The notes: generated by a model not told the origin, from the letters alone. A DNA stretch of 64,000 nt from Verrucomicrobiota bacterium (GCA_027493615.1 JAOSKK010000012.1:228644-292643), one strand, 5' to 3'; positions 31,512 through 42,649 are shown, counted from the first letter of the stretch. Program-made: numbers and translations.

Positions 31512-31737
31512 GCACGCATCATAGGCTGGGTCGCTTCTTCGTCAAGGGAGGCTCGCGACGCGCATCGTCCTTCGTCCCCGACTCGTCCGCCGGGTGACAG
31601 CACGAGACCGGGTTCCTCGCGCGAGCCACCCGAACGGGCGGACGGCTGGCCTGCCACCGCCGACAGCCCGGAAGCGGCGCTGGCGAGGCTGTTGGCTTGG
31701 ATGGCTTGCATCCTGACCTGCCCCACAAGCCGCGGCG

Positions 31738-31766
31738 TTGACGCCTGCCACCGCGCGCGCTAGCTT
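31738..31766 (+). promoter_or_regulatory. sigma70-type promoter upstream of the fluoride riboswitch
   Basis: TTGACG-N17-TAGCTT, ending 13 nt before the aptamer. Confidence 0.65.
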
Positions 31767-31779
31767 CATCCCCGTTGCA

Positions 31780-31838
31780 GGCAATGGAGTTTGCCTGACC
31801 GCGTCGCGGCGAACCGCCCTCGGGCTGATGACTCCTAC
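31780..31838 (+). ncRNA. Fluoride riboswitch (crcB motif)
   Basis: GGCAATGGAGTTTGCC...AACCGCCCTCGGGCTGATGACTCCTAC. P1 GGCAA/TTGCC, hairpin GCCC/GGGC and pseudoknot GGAGT/ACTCC fit the known consensus. Confidence 0.92.
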
Positions 31839-31865
31839 CGACTAAATCGAGTCTGGTAGCGAGTC

Positions 31866-32582
31866 ATGGTAACCACAAGTCCAGCCGCCCCGCTGGTGTT
31901 GCCGTTCGTGGGGCGGACCCGAGAGACCGCGGAGCTGCGTCGGCTCCACGCCCTGCAACAACACGCCCTGATCCTGGGTCCGGCGGGGGTGGGCAAGACC
32001 GCCCTCGTCGCGCACCTGCAACCCCAGCTCCGCTTCCTCCAGTGCCCGCACTCGGAACACCTGGGCGAGATCTGCGCCAGCCTTGAGCGGGAGCTGGGCC
32101 TGACGACGGAAGGCTTGCGCCTCGTCGAACGGAAGCCGCGGCTAAGGCAGGCCCTCGCCCAGGCTGGGCGGACCGTGGTGTTGGACGGTGTCGGCTGGAC
32201 GACGCCCAAGCTCTGTTCGTGGCTCGAGACGGTCATGGCACGCACGCCGGTCTGGCTGTGCACGCGCTCCGCCCATCCTTGGGACATCGGACATGCCTGG
32301 AGATTGCTGGTCCGGTTTCAACGGGTGGAACTTCAGGCCTTGCGGGCGGCCGAGACGCAGGCGCTGGTCGAGGCCGTCGTGCAGGGAGGTCTCGTGCCGC
32401 CACAGACGCGGTCGCTCGCCGCCTGGCTCCAGCGGCGGTCCGGCGGCAACCCGCGGAAGCTGTACCAGTTCCTCGCGGAACTGAACTCGGGCCACTACGA
32501 TCTGGACAATCCCCTGGCCTTACGTCGCCTGGAGATGGACCGGCGCATTCACGAAGCCTTTCCCCCGCCGCCGCCGGCATGA
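31866..32582 (+). CDS. Small P-loop (AAA-like) ATPase
   Basis: PFVGR, Walker A GPAGVGKT, Walker B-like VVLDG, SGGNP. Confidence 0.8.
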   Translation: MVTTSPAAPLVLPFVGRTRETAELRRLHALQQHALILGPAGVGKTALVAHLQPQLRFLQCPHSEHLGEICASLERELGLTTEGLRLVERKPRLRQALAQAGRTVVLDGVGWTTPKLCSWLETVMARTPVWLCTRSAHPWDIGHAWRLLVRFQRVELQALRAAETQALVEAVVQGGLVPPQTRSLAAWLQRRSGGNPRKLYQFLAELNSGHYDLDNPLALRRLEMDRRIHEAFPPPPPA

Positions 32583-34580
32583 ACGAGAATCACCAACGAC
32601 ATCTGCTGGTGACGCTGCGCCACCTCGACCACCTGCTGTCGGGTGCCGAGCAGGCCCTGGCCGGATCCCTTTCGCCCTTTGCCGAGTACACGCAGGACTC
32701 AACCCCCGTGCAGCGCCAGGTGGTCCACGATCATATCGAGCGGGTGCGCGCCACCCTGCTTCGGGTCCTGGCGGACCTGGAGCTCCCCGGCCCGCGCCGG
32801 TCTGCGGGGCGCTCTGGGCGGCGCGCGGACAGATCACCTTCGCGTCCATCGCCATCGCGGAGATGGAACCGAAGCGCCTGCGCGGCTACGGTGCCCTCTC
32901 CGAAAGTGACACCCGCAAGGTCGAACGAGCCGTGGCGGAATTGAACGCGGCGCTCGAACCTTTGAGCGCCTTCCTCGACCAGGGACCCGGCGCGGATCTC
33001 CAGGCCCGCCTCGATCGGTTGGAGCAAACCCGCGACGAGGTTCGGCTGGTACGCGAACTGGAGCGGGTCATCACCCACCACGGCCTGGTGGAGTCGCGCG
33101 GCGCCCTCGCCCGCCTGTTGGACCGCATGGAAAACGGCGTCTTCGAGATCGGTCTCTTCGGCCGCGTGAGCTCGGGCAAGTCCTCCCTGCTGAATCACCT
33201 CCTGGGCGGAGAGGTGCTGCCCGTGGGCGTCACGCCCGTCACGGCCGTTCCGACGCGGGTCCGGTACGGTTCCACGCCGCGGGCAGTCATCGAGTTCGCG
33301 ACGCGCAAGCCGGTGCAGGTCGAGCTCGAGCGGTTGGCCGAGTTTGCCACCGAGCAACAGAATCCCGGCAACGCGAAGCACGTCGCGCGCATCGTGGTGG
33401 AAGTGCCTGCCCAACGCCTGCGTGAAGGCGTCCTGTTCGTGGACACGCCCGGCCTCGGCTCGCTGGCCACCGGGGGCGCCGCCGAAACGGTCGCTTACCT
33501 CCCGCGTTGCGACTTGGGCCTGGTGCTGGTGGACGCGGCTTCGACCCTGAGCCACGAAGACCTGGCCCTGCTGCAGGCGCTCGCGCAGGCCGGAGCCCAG
33601 GCCATGCTCCTGGTGAGCAAGGCGGACCTCCTGTCACCGGCCGACCGCGCGCAGGTGGTGACGTATGCCGAGCGCCAGATCGCCGACCAGTTGGGAATCC
33701 GCCTGGGCGTCCATGCCCTGAGCGTCGTCGGTGCCGAGGCCGTGCTCTGCGATCGCTGGTTCACCACTGAACTCGAACCGCTCCTCACCACCCACCGCGA
33801 GCAGGCGGCGCGTTCGCTGAAACGCAAGGTGGGCGCCCTGCGCGAAGCCGTGATCCAAGCCCTCGAAGCGCGCCGTCGGGGCCCGGGCCGGCCCCCCGGA
33901 GCCACGGAAGCTGTGACCGCCTTGCGGAGCGCTGATGCCTGGATCGAAGCGGCAGAGACCGCCTGTGGCAAGCTGGTGAACGAGGTGCCCGACCTTGGCC
34001 CGGCGCTGATTGCCCGCGCGGCAAACGCCTTGGCCGAAGCGTGGCAAACACGCGTGTCGGCGCCTGACGCGTTGGCGGGCCAATGTACCGCCGCCCTTCT
34101 GCATCCCGTCGCCGCCACCACCAGCAGAATGATCGAACGGCTGGAGGACCTCCGCCGGCAGCTCGAGGAGGCCCTGGCAGCCGCACGGCGTGTGCCGGGG
34201 GGCCTTCGAGCCTGGGCGAACCGCTGCCCCGCCCCGCCGGCCTCCCCCTCTTCGACCCCGGACGTCTGCTGTCAGGCGACGACCTGCGCCGGCCACGGCT
34301 GGCGATGCTGGGGTTCGGGAGGGTCCTCCGCCACGGGGCCAGCGTCCGCCTGCAGCGCACCCTCGGCGACCCGTTGAGCTCCCTGCTCCGGCAGCACGGC
34401 CAGCAACTGCGGAAGTGGCTGCGGGAGGAACTCACCGGCTTGAGGGCCGCCTTCCATGCCCAGGCTGACCCGCTCCGTGCAGCGTGGGAGCCCCCGATGG
34501 CGGCGTCTGCCGGCGACACTGCCCCCGCCAGGAGTCTGGAAAGCGACCTTGCCCTCCTGCAACATTGGCCGGGCAGTTGA
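32579..34580 (+). CDS. Bacterial dynamin-like GTPase 1 (frameshifts near 32795 and 34205)
   Basis: G1 GRVSSGKS, G2 LPVGVTPVT, G3 DTPG, G4 SKAD; long helical N- and C-terminal regions. Confidence 0.88.
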
Positions 34581-34594
34581 GGCCGCCTGTCATT

Positions 34595-35722
34595 ATGCGA
34601 ATCCTCATTGTCAGCGACATCCATGGCAACTGGCCCGCCTTGCAGGCGGTTCTGGCCGCGGCGCCGCCCACCGATGAGGTGCTCTGCCTGGGCGACCTGG
34701 TGAACTACGGCCCGCAGCCGGCCGAGTGCGTCGGATGGGCCATGAACCAGGTGGATCGCGACTGGGTGGTCCAGGGCAACCACGACCGCGCGCTGGGCCG
34801 CGGCGAAGACCCCCACTGCTCGGTGGCGTACGCGGCCCTGGCCGCCGCCACCCAAAGTGCCACCGAGGGAATGCTGAACGAGGACATGAAGCGGTTCCTC
34901 GCCAGCCTCGAGCCCCTGCAACGGTTCCAACTGGGCGAGGCCGTCTTCGTGGCCTGCCACGCCGTGCCTTCCGACCCGCTCTACCACTACCTCCCGGACA
35001 TCGGCCCGGTCACGCTGTGGGAGTCGGAGCTCAACGGCGTGGGCTGGCCCGACTTTCTCCTGCTCGGCCACACCCACTTGCCCATGAAAACGCGGTTTCG
35101 CAAGACCCTCGTGGTCAATCCCGGCAGCGTGGGCCAACCCAAGGACGGCGATGCCCGGGCTGCCTACGCCCTATGGGAGGATGGGGACATCACCCTGCAC
35201 CGGACGGCCTACGATATCGAGGCGACCCTCCGGGCCTACGGACGGCTGAACCTGGATCCCCAGATGGTCGCGGTGTTGGCCGAGGTCCTGCGCACCGGCG
35301 GTCATCTGCCTCTGGACCAGACACCCGGCGAACTGCTGCAGACATTCTACCGGCAGCACCCGGACAAGCTCGAAGCCATCTTCTACCTCCAGAAACTCCT
35401 GAACCGACGGGTCGGCCTGGACACCGATCGTCTGGACGATCGCGCCCGCCAGCACTGGACGCTCAACTACTGCCGGGCACTGGTGCAGCAAACCGCCCGG
35501 CTGACCGAGTGCGTGCCGTGGAAGTGGTGGGCCACCTATGAGAAATTCGACAAACCCCATGCCCGCATCGAGATCGCCGAACTGCTGCACCTGGTCATCT
35601 CGCTGGCCCAGGTCCTCGAGCTCACGCCGCAGGAGCTCTTCGAGCTGCACACCAAACAGCATCGGCTCGGCCTGCTCAGCCAGGAACCCACCGGTGGCAC
35701 CCCACCGCCAGCCAAGACTTGA
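34595..35722 (+). CDS. Metallophosphoesterase fused to a degenerate all-alpha (dimeric) dUTPase-like domain
   Basis: SDIHGN, GDLVNYG, GNHD, GHTH, NPGSVGQP; C-terminal WTLNYCRAL...VPWKWW...ARIEIAELLH. Confidence 0.85.
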   Translation: MRILIVSDIHGNWPALQAVLAAAPPTDEVLCLGDLVNYGPQPAECVGWAMNQVDRDWVVQGNHDRALGRGEDPHCSVAYAALAAATQSATEGMLNEDMKRFLASLEPLQRFQLGEAVFVACHAVPSDPLYHYLPDIGPVTLWESELNGVGWPDFLLLGHTHLPMKTRFRKTLVVNPGSVGQPKDGDARAAYALWEDGDITLHRTAYDIEATLRAYGRLNLDPQMVAVLAEVLRTGGHLPLDQTPGELLQTFYRQHPDKLEAIFYLQKLLNRRVGLDTDRLDDRARQHWTLNYCRALVQQTARLTECVPWKWWATYEKFDKPHARIEIAELLHLVISLAQVLELTPQELFELHTKQHRLGLLSQEPTGGTPPPAKT

Positions 35723-35734
35723 GTGAGGTGAGGT

Positions 35735-37455
35735 ATGATGGGACCCCAAGGGATCTTGGATCGCGTGGCGAAGGTCGCCGGAGACTGGCACCTCGCGAAT
35801 CTCCAGCCCCAGATCGCCGCCTGCCGCCGGCAATGGAACGGCCACACGACCATCGACGTCGCCGTCTTCGGACGCTTCAAGGCGGGCAAGAGCTCCTTCC
35901 TCAATCATCTGGCCGGACGCGCCGTGCTCCCCATCGGGGTGGTGCCACTTACCGCAGTCATCACGCGCCTGCGCTACGGGCCGGTGGAGCGCGCCGAGGT
36001 TCGTTTCCTCGACGGAACCCGCCGCGCCATCGCGCTCGAGGAGATTGGCCTCTACGTCGCCGAGAACGAGAACCCCCGCAACCGGAAGCAGGTCGCCGCG
36101 GTCGAGGTCGAGTTGCCCGCCCTCGAGCCGCTCGCGCCGCTCGAGTTTGTGGACACCCCCGGCCTGGGCAGCGCCTTCGCACACAATACCGAGACCGCGA
36201 TGCAATGGCTGCCCAACGTGGGCGCCGCGCTGGTGGCGGTCAGCTCGGATGCACCGCTCTCGGAACGCGATCTGGCCCTCCTGGCGGAACTGCGCCAGCA
36301 CACCCCTAAGATCGCGCTCCTGCTGACCAAGGCCGACCTCCTCACGGAACCGCAACGCGCCGAGGTGCTCACCTTCGTGCGCCAGCAGCTTCGCAGCCCC
36401 CGGCCAACGGCGACCGATCGCGACGCCCCTCCCCCAGCGCCGACGCCAGGTCCGGACCGCCCGACCCCGCCGGGGCGGCCGAAGACGAATGGCCCGTCTT
36501 CTTCTATTCCGTGCGGCCTGGCGAGGACGGCCTGCGGACGGTGCTCGAACGTCAACTGCTGGCCCCCTCATCCAGCACCGCGAGACCGCCGCCGCCCACA
36601 TCGCGCGCCACAAGCTGGATGCGTTGCTTCGCCTGACCCTTGACTACCTCCGGGTGGCGTTGGCCGCCGCCACGCAGGCCGAATCCGCCCGCCAGACGCT
36701 GCAGGAGAAGCTCGCCGAGGAACGCGCCCAATTCGATCTCCTCCGCGCGGAGCTCGGCACGCTGGCGCGTCAGACGTCCACCAGCGCGCTGGACGGGTAT
36801 CTGGCTCGCTTGCTCCCGGTGCAGCAGACGCTCCAGGGGCGGGTCACGCAACGGCTCAGCGAACAACTGCCGCGGTGGGCGCCTGCGTCTGCCGCCCTTG
36901 CTGGCCGCCTGGCGCCAGTGGCTGGGGGAGTTCCTCCAGGCCGAGCTGAGCGAGGTGTCGCGGACCCAACAGGCGATGTTCGTCGCCCCGTTGCACCAGG
37001 TCCGCACCCACCTCACGCGCAGCCTCCGCGCGTTCCACGACCGCCTGGCCGACCACGTGAAGTCGGCCCTCGGGGTGACACTCGCACCGCACGAGTTCCT
37101 CCTCGAGGTCCCGGAGCCAACGGCGCCGCCGGTGGACGTGGCCTTCGCGTTCGACGCGGCCTTCACCACCGCGGTTGCGTTGATCCCCACCACCCTGTTC
37201 CGACGCCCCCTCCAGCGGGTGCTGCTGCGGAAGGCCCGCTACGAGGTCGAAAAGAACCTCTCCCGGCTGGCGGCCGGCTGGCGGGACCGGGTCGCCGGAC
37301 TCATTGACCGGCTGACTCGTGACGCCGAACAACAGGCCCGCGACGAGCTGGGCACGCTGGAGCATACCCTGGCTCAAACCGCCTCCAGCGCCCCGGGCCT
37401 GCGGCAGGTGATCCATGAACTCGAGCAGTTCCAGACCCGACTGCGCACGGAATGA
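35735..37455 (+). CDS. Bacterial dynamin-like GTPase 2 (frameshifts at about 36500-36570 and 36880)
   Basis: G1 GRFKAGKS, G2 LPIGVVPLT, G3 DTPG, G4 TKAD; helical C-terminus EVEKNLSRLA. Confidence 0.88.
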
Positions 37456-38331
37456 CCAGCGCCCCGGGGAACGTTGGTGGCCGCCCCGCCTCCTGTCCGC
37501 GCCGGACGGTTCCGTGCTCGTCCTCATTCCGGCCGGCGAATTCTTCATGGGCTCCACCGCCGAACAGATCGCGGCCGCCGCGGCCATGGACATCGGCGGT
37601 CACCCCGATCTGTTGGTGCGCGAAACGCCGCCGTTCGTCGCCTTCCTGCCAGACTATTACCTGGGCCTGCACGCCGTCACGAATGCCCAGTTCGCGGCGT
37701 TCCTGAACGCGACTCGTCCACCACCCGCCCGGCTCGCCCGCTGGGCGCCCGCGCTGGAACGGATCCTTCCCCGCCCTCCCCGGACCGCCGGTTTGAGGTC
37801 GCGGCTGGATTCGAACGCCACCCTGCCACCCACATCTCCTGGTTCGGCGCGCAGGCCTACTGCCGGTGGGCGGGCCTGCGGCTCCCTACCGAACTCGAAT
37901 GGGAAAAGGCCGCCCGCGGCACGGAGGGACGGGTGTTTCCCTGGGGCAACGAGTGGCGGGCGCACGCCCTACGCTGGCACGGAGGCGACCGCCGTGAAGG
38001 CGAGACCACCGCCCCGGTGGATGCTTATCCCGAGGGCTGTTCTCCCTACGGCCTCCTCCAGATGGCGGGCAATGTCGATGAGTGGTGTGCGGACTGGTTC
38101 CAATGGGACGTGTACCGACATTACGCGGCCGGCGACCTGCGCCCGCCCGTCCCGGGTGAGGAGCGCGTCATCCGCGGCGGGACCTGCCTGCGGTGGCAAC
38201 GACACCACTTCCGCTGCGCAATGCGTCGGGGCAACGATCCGGCCATGGTCAATGTCCACTACACCGGCATCCGGTGCGCGGCTGACGTGTCCGCACGCAG
38301 CCCCGCCTTCCGCGAAGCCCCGGAGGCTTAA
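37452..38331 (+). CDS. SUMF1/FGE-sulfatase (formylglycine-generating enzyme-like) domain protein (frameshifted)
   Basis: [63 protein letters not shown]. Confidence 0.9.
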
Positions 38332-38334
38332 GGC

Positions 38335-39249
38335 ATGGCCGGCGGCTGGTGGGAACGATTCTCGAGCCGGTTGCCGTCGGCGGCTGACGCCCGCGAACCG
38401 TTTGGCGAGGAGCTGCGGAGGCACTGGGGGGACGGCAGCCAGGCACGGCTGCTCATCTACACGCCACCGCACGAGACGGTGAAGGCCCGGTCGCCCGCGT
38501 CGGTCCTGGCTCTGTCCAACCAGGAATGGATGCTCGTGGAAGAGATGGCCGATGGCTCCGTGCGCGTGACGCGCAGCGATTACGACCGCACGTTGTGGGT
38601 CGAGCTGACCAGCATTCTGCTCTACGGAGCGCTTCGCATCGCGTTTTTCACCGAGACGGGCTCCGGCAGTGTCAGCGTGGAGTTCAACACGGTGGCCAGG
38701 CGCTACTATGATGAGGCGATCCAGCGGGTGCTTGATGGCATGGATGGGATCGAGGCCTGTCCGCCGGTGGACCCGGGCGAGTGGGAGCCGTTGCTGGAAC
38801 CGCTGCCGCTCAAGTTCCGCAACGCCTTCCCGCGGTTCACCCCCCCCGGCCAATGCCTGTTGGCCCTGGTTGCCTGGCCAGCCGTGTTGGGCGCACGCCG
38901 CCGCTGGTTCCAGCACGAACTCTGCCCTGAAGCCGTGCTGGCATTCACCAACCGGGAGTTGCTCCTCATCTCCGAGGAAGCGACCTGGACCTGGCTTCGC
39001 CTCGGGCGGAACGACAAGTACGGCTTCATCATCACGCACTGTCCGTTCTCCCGGCTGGCAGGGTGGCGCGTGCAACCGGGCGATCCACTCGCCACGCTCG
39101 AGCTGTCCTTGCGGGCAGGCCGCGGTACCGATGTCCTTCGGATCAACTTCCCCGGGGACCGGCATGGGGAGGTCACACGGTTGCTGGAACGGGCGATGGC
39201 CCAAAGCCCGTCGGGGAATCCGGGACGGAGACCGGCGGAACCCGCATGA
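38335..39249 (+). CDS. Hypothetical protein (possibly two beta-rich repeats)
   Basis: Intact 304-aa ORF tightly coupled to its neighbours; repeated pattern VLALSNQEWMLVEE / VLAFTNRELLLISEE. Confidence 0.6.
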   Translation: MAGGWWERFSSRLPSAADAREPFGEELRRHWGDGSQARLLIYTPPHETVKARSPASVLALSNQEWMLVEEMADGSVRVTRSDYDRTLWVELTSILLYGALRIAFFTETGSGSVSVEFNTVARRYYDEAIQRVLDGMDGIEACPPVDPGEWEPLLEPLPLKFRNAFPRFTPPGQCLLALVAWPAVLGARRRWFQHELCPEAVLAFTNRELLLISEEATWTWLRLGRNDKYGFIITHCPFSRLAGWRVQPGDPLATLELSLRAGRGTDVLRINFPGDRHGEVTRLLERAMAQSPSGNPGRRPAEPA

Positions 39250-39740
39250 CCTTCTTCTGTACTCGATGTTGGGGCGAGGTGGCCGAGGCGGCGGTGCGCT
39301 GCCCGCACTGCGGTGATGACATCGCGGCACGCCAGAGCCGCAGTGACTTCGTCGACAAGCTGCTCGCCGCCCTGCGCCATCCGGAGCCCACGACTCCGAT
39401 CCGAGCGGCGTGGATCCTGGGTCGCCGTCGTGAGCCGCGAGCCGTCCCCGCCCTGGTGCGATTGGCGGCCGCGTCATCCGATCCGTTCCTCGCGGAAGCC
39501 GCGGTGGCCGCCCTGGGCCAGATCGGCGGCCACGAGGCGGAGGCTGCCGTGCAATCCGCCTGCCACCATGCCAGCCCACGGGTCCGCCGCGTCGCGAGGG
39601 AGGCCCTCCAACATCTTGACAGGGACCCCGCCCTTCAAGAAGGTCCGTCCGATGTCTCTGCCTTTCCCCGCGTTCCAAGAAGGCACGCGGGGAGTTCTGC
39701 ATGTGATTCGACCAACCCACACCCCGAAACCACCGCCTAA
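39246..39740 (+). CDS. Zinc-ribbon plus HEAT-repeat protein
   Basis: CTRC...CPHC, then AAWILG, AVPAL, AVAALGQIGG, VRRVAREAL. Confidence 0.8.
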   Translation: MTFFCTRCWGEVAEAAVRCPHCGDDIAARQSRSDFVDKLLAALRHPEPTTPIRAAWILGRRREPRAVPALVRLAAASSDPFLAEAAVAALGQIGGHEAEAAVQSACHHASPRVRRVAREALQHLDRDPALQEGPSDVSAFPRVPRRHAGSSACDSTNPHPETTA

Positions 39741-39741
39741 C

Positions 39742-41154
39742 ATGAGCAGCCCGCGCGACGTCCTCGAACTGGCCAAGAAGCACCAGGCCAGGATGGCCGA
39801 CATCAAGTTCACCGACACCTTCGGCACCTGGCAGCACTTCAGTGTGCCGATCGGCGAGATGACCGAGGAGGTCTTCACCGAAGGCATGGGCTTCGATGGC
39901 TCCTCGATCCGCGGCTGGAAATCCATCGAGGCCTCCGACATGCTCGCCATGCCGGACCCCACGACCGCCTTCCTGGATCCCTTCTGCGCCGTCCCGACAC
40001 TGAGCCTGACCTGCACCATCGCCGAGACCGGCACAAAAAGAGCCCTACGGCCGTGATCCCCGCGGCATCGCGCAGCGTGCCGAGAGGTACCTGTCCAGCA
40101 CCGGCCTGGCGGACACCGCCGTCTTCGGGCCGGAAGCCGAGTTCTTCATCTTCGACAACGTCCAGTTCGACGCCCGGAGCAACGGGACATCCTACGCGGT
40201 GGACAGCGGCGAAGCGGTCTGGAACACGGGCCGTGAGGAGGCCCCCAACCTCGGCTACAAGATCCGCCACAAGGAAGGCTATTTCCCGGTCCCGCCCGCC
40301 GATACCCAGCAGGACCTGCGCACCGAGATGTTGCTCACCCTCCAATCCCTCGGCGTGCAGGCCGAAAAGCACCACCATGAGGTGGCGACGGCAGGCCAGG
40401 CGGAGTTGGGCATTCGGTTCGATGAGCTGGTGAGGTCGGCCGACACCCTGATGCTCTACAAGTACGTCATCAAGAACGTGGCCCGGAAGCATGGCAAGAC
40501 CGTCACGTTCATGCCCAAGCCGCTGTACGGCGACAACGGCTCCGGGATGCACACCCACCAGTCGCTCTGGAAGAAGGGCAAACCGCTCTTTGCCGGCAGC
40601 GAATACGGCGGGCTGAGCCGCATGGCCCTCCACTACATCGGGGGCGTCCTCAAGCATGCCAGGGCGCTCTGCGCCATCTGCAGCCCCACCACGAACAGCT
40701 ACAAGCGTCTGGTCCCCGGCTACGAGGCGCCAGTCAACCTCGCCTACAGCGCCCGCAACCGCTCGGCCGCCATCCGCATTCCGACCTTCAGCGAGAGCCC
40801 GAAGGCCAAGCGCCTCGAATATCGCCCGCCCGACCCCTCGGCCAATCCCTACCTGGCCTTTGCCGCCCTGCTCCTCGCCGGCCTGGACGGGATCCTGAAC
40901 AAGATCGAGCCCGGCGAACCGATGGACAAGAACCTCTACGAGCTCCCCCGGACGAGCTGACGAAGGTCCCGCAGATCTGCGGCAGCCTGAGCGAGGCGCT
41001 CGACTGCCTCGAACGCGATCACGAGTTCCTGCTCAAGGGCGATGTGTTCAGCCGGGACTTCCTGGAAACCTGGATCGCCGCCAAACGCAAGGAACACGAC
41101 GCCCTCCGTCTGCGACCGCATCCCTACGAGTTCTTCCTCTATTACGATGTGTAG
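39742..41154 (+). CDS. glnA: Glutamine synthetase type I (frameshifts near 40040 and 40950)
   Basis: [72 protein letters not shown]. Confidence 0.95.
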
Positions 41155-42649
41155 GCCACGGCCGCATCGTGGCCGTTTCGGCCGGAGCCATCCCGCCGGC
41201 CCTTGGGCCCGGACGAACCGGGAGCGGCGGTGCGTGTCGGTCACGTCGGTCGCCCTCGGGGCGGCGGTCCTGGCCAGCGTGGCCGGCACGGGCTGTGTGC
41301 GCTACCGGGCCCAGCCGCTGCTCGCGGAGCAGGTCATGGCGGACTACGCCGCGCGCTCCCTCGACGATCCCGGGCTGGGGGCTTTTTTCGACATGCATCA
41401 TGTCACGGGCGGATGGCCCCGCCGCGCCTGGGACCTCGATTCGCTGACGCTGGCCGCGTTCTACTTCTCCCCGGCGCTCGTTCAGGCGAGGGCCGAATGG
41501 GGCACGGCACAGGCCGGCTTGCGCACGGCGGGGCAACGCCCCAATCCAACCCTCACGGCTTCCCCCCAATACAACACGACCACTCCGGTGCCGTCCCCCT
41601 GGATCATGGCCCTGAATCTGGACGTCCCCTTCGAGACCGCCGGCAAGCGCGGACACCGCCTGGCGCAAGCGGCGCATCTTGCCAACGCCGCCCGGTGGAA
41701 CCTCGCCGCCACCGCCTGGCAGGTGCGAAGCCGGCTGCGGCGGGCCCTGGTGGACCTGGCCGCGGCCAGCGAACAGGAACGCCTCCTGGCCGCGCAGCAA
41801 TCCGCCCAGGAGCAGCACGTGAGACTGCTCGAGGCCCAACTCGCCGCCGGGGCAATTCCCCCGGCCGAGGTCACCCGGGAACGGATCGCCCTCGACACCA
41901 CCCGGCTGACCACACTGGACGCCAAACGTCAGCGGGCCGAAAGCCGCGTCGCTCTGGCCGAGGCCATCGGGGTGCCGGTCGGCGCTCTGGAGGGTGTCGA
42001 GCTTTCGTTCGCCGGGCTGGACCGCGTGCCGCCTGACGTGGATGCACCGGCGGCCCGACGCCAGGCCCTGCTTCATCGGGCGGATGTCCTGGCGGCCTTG
42101 TCCGAGTACGCCGCCAGCGAGGCAGCACTCCGCCTGGAGGTCGCCAGGCAGTATCCCGACCTTCGCCTGCACCCCGGGTATGAATTCGACCAGGGCGACA
42201 ATCACTGGGGCGTGGGACTGTCACTCGAACTCCCGGTGTTGAACCAAAACCAGGGCCCGATTGCGGCAGCCGAAGCCCGCCGCGCGGCCTGTGCGGCGAA
42301 TTTCAACGCCCTCCAGGCACGCGTGGTGGCGGCAATCGAACGCAGCGTTGCGGCCTACCAGGTCACGTTGGAGAAATCCGCCACGGCCGACTCCCTCCTG
42401 GCCCATCTGGAGCGGCAGGAGCGGGTTCTGCGCGGGCGATTCGCAGCGGGTGACGTGTCCCGGAGCGAGGTCGTGGCCGGCCAGGTCGAGCTGGCCGCCG
42501 CCCGACTGGCGCGAGCCGACGCCGTGGCCAAGGCCCACCAAACCCTCGCCCTTCTCGAAGAAGCACTGCAGGGCCCGCTCCCGAGTTCAGCCGATGCACT
42601 TCCGCTCCTGGCGGAGCCTGGAACTCCCCCGGCGCCGCCAACGCCATGA
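41147..42649 (+). CDS. TolC-family outer membrane efflux lipoprotein
   Basis: Lipobox-like AGTGC, RPNP, QYPDL, LPVLNQNQG; two helical repeats. Confidence 0.9.
   Translation: MCRPRPHRGRFGRSHPAGPWARTNRERRCVSVTSVALGAAVLASVAGTGCVRYRAQPLLAEQVMADYAARSLDDPGLGAFFDMHHVTGGWPRRAWDLDSLTLAAFYFSPALVQARAEWGTAQAGLRTAGQRPNPTLTASPQYNTTTPVPSPWIMALNLDVPFETAGKRGHRLAQAAHLANAARWNLAATAWQVRSRLRRALVDLAAASEQERLLAAQQSAQEQHVRLLEAQLAAGAIPPAEVTRERIALDTTRLTTLDAKRQRAESRVALAEAIGVPVGALEGVELSFAGLDRVPPDVDAPAARRQALLHRADVLAALSEYAASEAALRLEVARQYPDLRLHPGYEFDQGDNHWGVGLSLELPVLNQNQGPIAAAEARRAACAANFNALQARVVAAIERSVAAYQVTLEKSATADSLLAHLERQERVLRGRFAAGDVSRSEVVAGQVELAAARLARADAVAKAHQTLALLEEALQGPLPSSADALPLLAEPGTPPAPPTP

Noticed and set aside
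39680-39702. sigma54 promoter for glnA (GGCAC...TGC)
   Set aside because: GG-to-GC spacing is 15 nt rather than the required 10.
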